DNA from: an uncultured Prevotellaceae bacterium
GTDB lineage: Bacteria; Bacteroidota; Bacteroidia; Bacteroidales; UBA3663
Assembly: GCA_964567855.1 (NCBI GenBank)
Contig: CAZMOE010000005.1
Coordinates: forward strand, 16,150-80,149
Reading direction: 5' to 3'
Length of the DNA stretch: 64,000 nt
Shown: positions 28,131 to 35,719 of the stretch, piece by piece
How positions within the stretch are numbered: the first letter of the stretch is position 1
Layout: each line of letters opens with the position of its first letter
Notes under the pieces: model-generated
The model's database searches: none
The model's input: only the letters and a program-made list of their open reading frames with translations
What the model was told of the DNA's origin: nothing
Made by a program: the position numbers and the translations under genes

Positions 28131-29645
28131 TTATTTGAAAAAGTCTGATGCTTTTTGCGGTTGGATAGCATGGTTATAACCTTGGGATATGCCGAGGAAT
28201 CCGGAGACAATAACTCCGGCAAAACGGCCGTGACAATCGAAAACAGGCGAGCCGCTGGCTCCTTGATGTATCGTGATATTATGCCCGTAAATGTATTCTC
28301 CTCGTTCTTGGGTGATTTCTCCGCTTTGGTTATTTGCTTCAAGTCCGATTTGGGTGCTGCCCAATGTAAAAGATTTCGGGAAACCGATGGTGTAGATTTT
28401 ATCGCCGACTTCCATATCTTCTGCATGGGCAATGTCTTTAAGGTTTACTATATGTTTTACATTGCTCGGGGTCTCTTTCGTGTTAGTTTGGATGATTGCG
28501 ATATCGACTTCTTCGTTGGAGCTGGTTTTGACAATAGAACAGCGGGTAAGATCATCTGTGCTGGAAACATGAGAATCATTTCGGCCGATACCTATCCATA
28601 GGATTTCATAATTTACTTCGACGGCATTTGCCATGGCATAATATTGATTTCTTTCCGATTTCTGTTGGCATTCATTTCCCAAGGTTATCAGTAAAGACTG
28701 GATGGCTTTTTTGATTGTTTCCGGATCTTTTCGAGCCTCTTTCCCCATTGGAGCAATAACATGTTTGTTGGTCATGATTTCTCCATGGGGTGAAATGAAA
28801 AAGCCAGTGCCGCTTGCTCCGACAACTCCGGGCGCTGCATCTCCGTCTTTGTCGATGTGGCAATAGTTGAGTTTTGAAAGTTGAGGTATGAGATCTCCGA
28901 TCGGACGGTCTTTGATTGTAACACTATAACCGGATTGTTGATAAATGAGTACCACGGAGTTTTTATACATTGCATAAATTTCGGCAGGAGTAAGTTCCTT
29001 GTTGACGTTGAACAACCATAAGAATATTCCTGTCACGACAATGGCAACGCCGGCAATGGCACTCCATGTTTTTACCTGAGGGCGCGGACGGGGAGATACC
29101 GGCGGATATATGCTTTCCCATTGGAGCGGATACTTTTGTGCCAACATGACGATGTCTCCTTTTTTGAGCGGGGCCTCTCCATGGATCCGTTGACCGTTTA
29201 CATAGGTGCCGTTAGTGGAATTACGATCGATGATGCTGATTTCGCCATTGCGTTTGCGGCAGAGAATGGCATGATGGGCCGAAACGTCGGCGATATTTTT
29301 ACAGATAATGTTGTCTGTTGCCCTTCCTATGGTTTTGGAATCTATTGTATCTGGCGTAATGCCGCTTCCTGCATTATTGTTACCGTGAACTATAGTCTTG
29401 TTGGGGGTTGATAAAGCCTGTTTCCAATCTATCACTTTGTTTCCAAGCTTTACTGTTTGTCCGGGAAGCAGTTTGGCTTCAAGAATGCGTTTCCCATCTA
29501 CGAATGTTCCATTCGTAGAGTTGAGATCTTTGATAGTTATTGAGCTTGAATCATCGATGATCAGGAGTGCATGACTTCGTGAAACGGAGTCATCGGCTAC
29601 AACAAAATCATTGGAGGAACTTTTGCCGATTTTGATGGTTTTCAT
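28131..29645 (-). CDS. FHA - FHA - TM - trypsin-like (S1/Trypsin_2-type) serine protease (operon gene A)
   Basis: 504 aa. FHA1 (IKIGKSSSNDFVVADDSVSRSHALL...DLNSTNGTFVDG), FHA2 (KTIGRATDNIICKNIADVSAHHAIL...DRNSTNGTYVNG), TM helix WSAIAGVAIVVTGIFLWLF. Putative triad His (GTGFFISPHGEIMTNKHVI), Asp (VDIAIIQT), Ser (GASGSPVFD). Confidence 0.8.
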   Translation of the reverse strand: MKTIKIGKSSSNDFVVADDSVSRSHALLIIDDSSSITIKDLNSTNGTFVDGKRILEAKLLPGQTVKLGNKVIDWKQALSTPNKTIVHGNNNAGSGITPDTIDSKTIGRATDNIICKNIADVSAHHAILCRKRNGEISIIDRNSTNGTYVNGQRIHGEAPLKKGDIVMLAQKYPLQWESIYPPVSPRPRPQVKTWSAIAGVAIVVTGIFLWLFNVNKELTPAEIYAMYKNSVVLIYQQSGYSVTIKDRPIGDLIPQLSKLNYCHIDKDGDAAPGVVGASGTGFFISPHGEIMTNKHVIAPMGKEARKDPETIKKAIQSLLITLGNECQQKSERNQYYAMANAVEVNYEILWIGIGRNDSHVSSTDDLTRCSIVKTSSNEEVDIAIIQTNTKETPSNVKHIVNLKDIAHAEDMEVGDKIYTIGFPKSFTLGSTQIGLEANNQSGEITQERGEYIYGHNITIHQGASGSPVFDCHGRFAGVIVSGFLGISQGYNHAIQPQKASDFFK

Positions 29646-30373
29646 AGTGTTTGCGGGTGGACCGACTGTTTTGTTAAGGCTGCTTGAAACCCGTTGAATG
29701 AGTTTTGTTTCACAGGAGCCGTTGATAGCCTATAGTTCCCCCGATTCGGCAAAATAAAATCAAGAATACCTTATTAAAAAGAAAAAGCGTGGGAAACTCT
29801 TCTTGCTTACCCCGCTTTTTCAGGCCTTTGCACTTGCCCACTTATCCGGATAAGCAACGCCGTTAGCCCACGCTGATGTATAGTATTATCCCCTCACTAT
29901 CTACGGACATTAATCATGCCCATAGATAGATATTGGGATGTGAATACGTCACATCTCGCCGACATTTCGTTGCTGTTTTTCTTTGGGGATAAGTTTTCAA
30001 ATGTGCAAAGTTTGAAAAAGACCAAAGCAAACGTCGAAAACGTCTTTCTTTTAAATAAAGACCACCACCCCTGTACACTTTCCAATGAAAATTGGTATCC
30101 AACAAGTTTCCCCTTGGGGCTAACAGGCGTTAAATGGTTGGGCAAATATATGGATTTTATCATTATATCATCTTGCTTTATGTGAAATTTTGTAATATTA
30201 AGTGCCTTTTTTGTTCCATTTTCCTGTTGAAAGCGTTAATTCCTTTCTTTATTAAAGGAATTAATCTGTTCAGTAGAGATTAATGAAAGTTTTAATGATA
30301 AAAACAAAGCAGAAAGAAGAAAAGATGGTCTGTGGTACTTTTTTTACAGAATGGTATTCGAAATATGAACGGC

Positions 30374-30429
30374 AAAACACCATGATAGAGTAGTTCCCTT
30401 TTGTAAGGAGAGCTCCATCATGGTGTTTT
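30374..30429 (-). terminator. hairpin terminator downstream of the YidE/YbjL-like transporter gene
   Basis: 13-bp arms aaaacaccatgat / atcatggtgtttt with a 30-nt loop. On the minus strand it is followed by TTTT. Confidence 0.5.
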
Positions 30430-30505
30430 ATATCGGATGATTTATAAAGGGTTCCTTTTCCTTTGTTTTCTTGACGTTTGTTCAACTGAAAAGAAGGAGA
30501 TTGTT

Positions 30506-32182
30506 TTATCCCATCAGAACCAGAATCTGGGCGGAAAGCACCCGCAGGAACATGGAAAGGGGATAAACGGTCGAGTAGGCGACACTGGCCTGGTCGTTAC
30601 CGCAAATGCCGTTGCTGTAGGCCAGCGCCGGCGGATCGGTCATGGCTCCGGAGATCATGCCGGCAATCGTGAAGTAGCTTAACCGGTAGAAAAGGCGGGC
30701 GGCAATGCCGATCAGGAGGCAGGGGACGATGGTAATGATGAATCCGTACAATACCCACCAGTAGCCGCCGGCACAAATGGTATCGACAAAACCTACACCG
30801 GCGCCAAGACCTACGGCGGCCATGAACATACAGATTCCAATCTGACGCATCAGCATGTTGGCGGACGAAGTGGTGTATGTAATCAGTTTCATCTGGGGTC
30901 CGAATTTGGAAATAAGGATAGAGACGATGAGCGGGCCGCCGGCCAGTCCCAGTTTAACGGGTACGGGCATTCCGGGGAAGAAGATCGGCAGGGAGCCGAG
31001 CAGAACCCCGAGAGCGATGCCGAGGAATGTGGCTATCAGATTCGGCTCGTCGAGCTTTTTGACAGAGTCACCCATCATGGCCTGTATTTTTTCCACACTT
31101 TGTCTCTTGCCTACCACCACCACACGGTCTCCAAGTTGCAGGAGCAGATGAGAGTGCGCCATGAGATCGACTCCCGCGCGTTTTACACGGGTAATGGTTA
31201 CATTGAAGGTCTGTCTGAGGGCCAGATCGCCGAGCCGTTTGCCGTTCAGGGAGGGATTGGTAATTACCACCCGTTCGCAGACAAGGTCGTTGCTTTCCAA
31301 GGCGTTCCATTTTTCCATATCCATACCTTCTACTTCGCGGCCGAGCAATATTTTCAGAGCCTCTGCGGAGGTCGGGTCGGTGACGAGGAATAGTTGGTCG
31401 CCTTTCTGTAACTTGGTCTGGTCATTGACCAATTCGATGTCATTGGTTTCCCGGTGCAGGATACGGGAAACGACACAGCGGCGTCCGGAAATGCGCTGGA
31501 TTTCGGAAATGCTTTTCCCGCAGACTGCATCGTTGCAGATTTCAAGGGTCACGGCTTTCAGTACGGCCGCCTGCCTCCGGTTGTTGGCCTGATAAATACT
31601 CTGTTCTTTATCGAAATTGATTTTGAAGATGGCTTTGATGGCGACGATACAGAGGATGATGCCGACTACGCCCAAAGGATAGGCAACGGCATAGCCTTGG
31701 GCAAAAAGCGGATTGCTTTCGCCGTTGTGCATGTCGGTATATGTCTGTTGGGCGGCACCCAATCCAGGGGTATTGGTTACAGCACCATAGAGTACGCCGA
31801 TCATGCTGAACAGATTTTCACCTGTAATAAGATGGATGGCGTAGCAGGTAATCCCGCCCAAGAGAATCAGTCCCGTGGCAAGCATATTGAGCGTGAAGCC
31901 GCCTTTGCGGAACGAAGAGAAGAAGCCCGGCCCGACTTGTATACCGATGGAATAGATGAATAAGATCAATCCGAATTCCTTGACGAAATGACTCGTAGTC
32001 GCGTCAAGTACCAAGCCGAAATGGCTGGCTACAATACCCGTAAACAGGATCCAGGTAACACCTAAAGAAACACCGCAAATTTTGATGCGGCTGAAAAAAA
32101 GACCGACTGCAATGGTCAATGCCACCAAAAGGACGGAGTGCGCCACTCCCGGCTGGGCGAACAGATTAGTAATCCATTCCAT
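30506..32182 (-). CDS. putative transporter, AspT/YidE/YbjL (AAE) family with central RCK_C/TrkA_C domains
   Basis: 558 aa. Two hydrophobic halves flank a soluble region with duplicated TrkA_C-like segments (GKSISEIQ...GDQLFLV; GKRLGDLAL...GDRVVVVG). The N-terminus MEWITNLFAQPGVAHSVLLVALTIAVG is typical of the family. Confidence 0.8.
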   Translation of the reverse strand: MEWITNLFAQPGVAHSVLLVALTIAVGLFFSRIKICGVSLGVTWILFTGIVASHFGLVLDATTSHFVKEFGLILFIYSIGIQVGPGFFSSFRKGGFTLNMLATGLILLGGITCYAIHLITGENLFSMIGVLYGAVTNTPGLGAAQQTYTDMHNGESNPLFAQGYAVAYPLGVVGIILCIVAIKAIFKINFDKEQSIYQANNRRQAAVLKAVTLEICNDAVCGKSISEIQRISGRRCVVSRILHRETNDIELVNDQTKLQKGDQLFLVTDPTSAEALKILLGREVEGMDMEKWNALESNDLVCERVVITNPSLNGKRLGDLALRQTFNVTITRVKRAGVDLMAHSHLLLQLGDRVVVVGKRQSVEKIQAMMGDSVKKLDEPNLIATFLGIALGVLLGSLPIFFPGMPVPVKLGLAGGPLIVSILISKFGPQMKLITYTTSSANMLMRQIGICMFMAAVGLGAGVGFVDTICAGGYWWVLYGFIITIVPCLLIGIAARLFYRLSYFTIAGMISGAMTDPPALAYSNGICGNDQASVAYSTVYPLSMFLRVLSAQILVLMG

Positions 32183-32346
32183 AAATACACAACTTTATAT
32201 TTAAATACCTTAATGAATTGCAACTTTGTTTTTGCAGCATGCAATGTGTCGGGATGCGGGTTCCCGTTTGCTGCTGCAAATGTATAAATATTCAATGTCT
32301 TGTGTTGTCGCTTTTAGTCGATTTACGCCTATTTTGCCGACATTCT

Positions 32347-34473
32347 TTACATTTTTAGGGAGAGTTGCAATCTCTGTCTGTCTAAGTCGACATTTAATAC
32401 GCGCACGGTGACGTGCTGGTGTAGAGAAACAATTTCTGCTGGCGATTTGACGAACCGATCGGCCATTTGCGAAATATGGACTAATCCTTTCGTATGTACG
32501 CCCACGTCCACAAAGCAACCGAAGTCGGTGATGTTGGTAACGATGCCCGGCAGGACCATTCCTTCGCGCAGATCCCGTAATTCTTTGACCGATGGGTCGA
32601 AACTGAACGATTCCAAGGGCTGCCTGGGGTCGCGGCCGGGTTTGTCTAATTCCTGCATGATGTCCAATAATGTCGGTAGGCCGACTTCAGTGGTAATATA
32701 GCGTTTCAAATCGATTTGTTCGCGCAATGATTTGTCGGCCAGTAGGTCCGTGATATTGCAATGATAGTCCCGGGCCATCTGCTCTACCAGCGCATATCGT
32801 TCAGGATGCACGGCCGAATTGTCGAGAGGGTTTCTGCCTCCTGTGATGCGCAGAAATCCTGCCGCCTGTTCGAATGCTTTTTCTCCCATACGCGGCACTT
32901 TAAGCAGATCGCGGCGGGAAGTAAATGCTCCATGCTCGGCGCGGTATGTTACGATGTTCTGGGCCAGAAGCGGGCCGAGTCCTGAAATGTAGGTCAGCAA
33001 ATGTCTGCTTGCCGTATTGACATTGACACCGACGAGATTGACACAATGTTCTACTGTCTGGTCGAGCTGTTTTTTCAGCAGGTTCTGGTTGACATCGTAC
33101 TGATATTGTCCTACACCGATCGATTTCGGATCGATTTTGACCAGTTCGGCCAGCGGATCCATAAGGCGTCTGCCTATCGAGACGGCGCCGCGTACGGTGA
33201 CGTCTTCGTCGGGAAACTCTTCGCGGGCCGCTTTGGAGGCCGAGTAAATGCTTGCTCCGTCTTCGCTGACGACAAATACATCAATTTTATCGAGATGCAG
33301 ATCCCGGATGAAACTTTCCGTTTCGCGCCCCGCCGTACCATTGCCGATGGAGATGGCCTCTATTTTGAACTGTCGTGCGAGACTTTTGATTCTGGCGGTC
33401 GCGGCTGCGCTGTCGTTTTGAGGCGGATGGGGAAAAATGGCTTCATGATGGAGCAGATTGCCTTCTGCATCCAGGCAGACGACTTTACAGCCGGTGCGGA
33501 ACCCGGGATCGATGGCCAGTACTCTTTTCTGTCCGAGCGGGGCCGAAAGCAGCAGCTGTCGCAGGTTGGCCGCGAAAATGGCGATGGCCTCCTCGTCGGC
33601 CTTTTCTTTAGAGGCTGTGGCAAATTCGGTTTCTATCGAAGGTTTCAGCAGTCGTTTGTAACCGTCGGCCACAGCTTTCCCAACGAGGATGGCCGACGGA
33701 GTACCGTTGCGCACGAAAAGTCTGTGTAACCGTTCTCCGCATCGTTCGTCATCTGCGCTGATAGAGACTTTGAGGAATCCTTCTGCCTCGCCGCGGCGGA
33801 TAGCCAGCAACCGGTGGGACGGGCAACGTTTCAGCGGCTGGCTGAAATCGAAGTAATCGCGATATTTCTGGGCCTCACTCTCTTTACCCTTGATGACCTT
33901 GGCCGAAATCACGGCGTCATGGCTGAAATTGTTACGTACGGCATTTCTGGCACGTTCGTCTTCCGAAACCATTTCGGCGATGATGTCACAGGCCCCGGCG
34001 ATGGCCTCTTCCACGTTGTTGACTCCTTTTCTTTGGTCCACGAAACGGGCGGCTTTGTCCTCTGCGGACTGCGCTGTCTGCATCAGCAGGAAGGTAGCCA
34101 GTCCTTCAAGGCCTTTCTGTCGTGCGATTTCGGCCCGCGTGCGCCGTTTAGGCTTATAAGGCATGTAGAGATCTTCCAGTTCGGTTGCGTTCCAGCAATC
34201 CTCGATCCGTTTTCGGAGTTCTGGGGTCAGTTTCCCTTGTTCGGCGATGGTGTTGATGACGGTTGTCTTTCTTTTTTCTATCTCCGACAGCTTTTCGAGG
34301 ACGTTGTGTATGGCAGCGATTTGCACCTCATCCATGGCGCCGGTCAACTCTTTCCGGTAACGGCTGATGAAAGGAATGGTGCATCCGTCGGCCAGCAATT
34401 TCAGCACGTTGGCGGTCTGCGTTTCCGGAAGATGCAGTTCTGTAGCTATCAGATGAGGAAAAAGGGAATTCAT
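32347..34473 (-). CDS. tex: Tex-like transcription accessory protein (S1 RNA-binding domain protein)
   Basis: 708 aa. N-terminal Tex motif (TIPFISRYRKELTG), YqgF-like and HhH regions, and a C-terminal S1 domain (GMVLPGIVTNITDFGCFVDVGVHTKGLVHISQMADRFV). Confidence 0.93.
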   Translation of the reverse strand: MNSLFPHLIATELHLPETQTANVLKLLADGCTIPFISRYRKELTGAMDEVQIAAIHNVLEKLSEIEKRKTTVINTIAEQGKLTPELRKRIEDCWNATELEDLYMPYKPKRRTRAEIARQKGLEGLATFLLMQTAQSAEDKAARFVDQRKGVNNVEEAIAGACDIIAEMVSEDERARNAVRNNFSHDAVISAKVIKGKESEAQKYRDYFDFSQPLKRCPSHRLLAIRRGEAEGFLKVSISADDERCGERLHRLFVRNGTPSAILVGKAVADGYKRLLKPSIETEFATASKEKADEEAIAIFAANLRQLLLSAPLGQKRVLAIDPGFRTGCKVVCLDAEGNLLHHEAIFPHPPQNDSAAATARIKSLARQFKIEAISIGNGTAGRETESFIRDLHLDKIDVFVVSEDGASIYSASKAAREEFPDEDVTVRGAVSIGRRLMDPLAELVKIDPKSIGVGQYQYDVNQNLLKKQLDQTVEHCVNLVGVNVNTASRHLLTYISGLGPLLAQNIVTYRAEHGAFTSRRDLLKVPRMGEKAFEQAAGFLRITGGRNPLDNSAVHPERYALVEQMARDYHCNITDLLADKSLREQIDLKRYITTEVGLPTLLDIMQELDKPGRDPRQPLESFSFDPSVKELRDLREGMVLPGIVTNITDFGCFVDVGVHTKGLVHISQMADRFVKSPAEIVSLHQHVTVRVLNVDLDRQRLQLSLKM

Positions 34474-34506
34474 ATTCTTTAATGAATGTTGCTGGGTTAA
34501 AAATTT

Positions 34507-34536
34507 GCCGGCCTGTCGTTGGGACGGCAGGCCGGA
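34507..34536 (-). terminator. rho-independent terminator after rdgB
   Basis: 12-bp stem ccggcctgtcgt / acggcaggccgg (one G-U pair), loop tggg. On the minus strand it is followed by AAATTTTT. It begins 5 nt after the rdgB stop. Confidence 0.7.
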
Positions 34537-34540
34537 CGGT

Positions 34541-35143
34541 TTATTTTTCTTGCAGGAATCGTATCAATTCGGCTACCGCTTTGCCGCGGTGGCTGATGGC
34601 GTTTTTCTCCTCAAGCGGCATTTCGGCAAAGGTGACATCGTAATGGTCAGGTTTGAAAACCGGATCATAGCCGAAACCTTGCGAGCCGCTGCGTTCGGTA
34701 GCAATTTTTCCATTGCAGATGCCTTCAAACGTGAATTTATCACCATCCGTAAGCAGTACGATAACGGTGCGGAAACGTGCCGTGCGGTCGCTCACCGATT
34801 TCATATTGTGCAGCAGTTTGGTGATGTTGGCGTCCGAATCGTGTCCGTCAGTAGCATAGCGTGCGGAGCGGACTCCCGGCTCCATGCCGAGGGCGCGAAC
34901 CTCAAGACCGGAATCGTCGGCAAAGCAATCGTAGCCGTAATGCACTTTGATAAATTCTGCTTTCTGGAAAGCATTGCCTTCAAAAGTTTCGGAAGTTTCC
35001 GGAATATCGTCCTGACAACCGATGTCTGACAGCGAGAGAATTTCGTATCTGGAAGCGATTTCGGTGCCACCGGCGGCCAGAAGGGCTTTTACTTCCTCTA
35101 TTTTATGGGCGTTGTTGGTGGCAAAAACGAGTTTCTTTTTCAT
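34541..35143 (-). CDS. rdgB: non-canonical purine NTP pyrophosphatase (RdgB/HAM1 family)
   Basis: Track ORF 34541..35227. I prefer the ATG at 35143 ([22 protein letters not shown]), with FGYDPVF and SHRGKA motifs near the C-terminus. Confidence 0.9.
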   Translation of the reverse strand: MKKKLVFATNNAHKIEEVKALLAAGGTEIASRYEILSLSDIGCQDDIPETSETFEGNAFQKAEFIKVHYGYDCFADDSGLEVRALGMEPGVRSARYATDGHDSDANITKLLHNMKSVSDRTARFRTVIVLLTDGDKFTFEGICNGKIATERSGSQGFGYDPVFKPDHYDVTFAEMPLEEKNAISHRGKAVAELIRFLQEK

Positions 35144-35298
35144 TCTAACGAACTTAAACAGCCGGAAAATTATTTTTGTATCATTTTTTGCGACGGCGAA
35201 GATAGATAATATTTCGCATCTCCCCAAACCGACTCCTCTTTTTTTAATTGCCGCGATAAAAATTTGTCTATTCTGCAGATAGGGGCTATCTTCGCGGG

Positions 35299-35694
35299 GT
35301 GATGAAAACTACAAATGATTGGAAATCCCTGCTCGCCGGTCGGTTTGACCGCGAGTTACAGGAAGAGCGGGAGGCGCAGGCCCAAAGCCCGGTGCCGGCA
35401 GAAGAGTCGGGGGACGGGATGCTTTCCGTGCAGCGCCGTCCGCTGCGTATAGAACTGGACAAGCATGGCCGCAAGGGCAAGCCGGTCACGCTGATTACTG
35501 AATTTCAGGGCGACGAGAAGGAACTGGTCCGGCTGACCAAATTGCTGCAGAGCCGCATCGGCGCCGGAGGTTCTCATTGTTTTAACAGCGAGGAGCCGTT
35601 TGACGGGCAGATTCTGATTCAGGGCGACTGCCGTCAGAAAGCGGCCTCCCTACTTCAGAAAGAGGGCTATAAGATTCGTCTCATCGGTTGCTGA
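35299..35694 (+). CDS. yciH: translation initiation factor SUI1/YciH family
   Basis: 131 aa. The C-terminal SUI1 fold region reads [35 protein letters not shown]...[21 protein letters not shown]. Confidence 0.85.
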   Translation: MMKTTNDWKSLLAGRFDRELQEEREAQAQSPVPAEESGDGMLSVQRRPLRIELDKHGRKGKPVTLITEFQGDEKELVRLTKLLQSRIGAGGSHCFNSEEPFDGQILIQGDCRQKAASLLQKEGYKIRLIGC

Positions 35695-35719
35695 CAGGCC
35701 CGATAAAAGCATTTTCCTC

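Noticed and set aside
18950-29645. The idea that the FHA/kinase/PP2C genes are the T6SS threonine-phosphorylation pathway, or the actinobacterial cell-wall (RodA/PBP) cassette.
   Set aside because: No TssA-M/Hcp/VgrG-like, RodA/FtsW or PBP ORFs occur in the operon or within about 10 kb on either side. The resemblance is limited to the signalling components.
33001-34482. Plus-strand ORFs of 242 aa and 222 aa within tex.
   Set aside because: Both are antisense shadows and neither has a recognisable motif.
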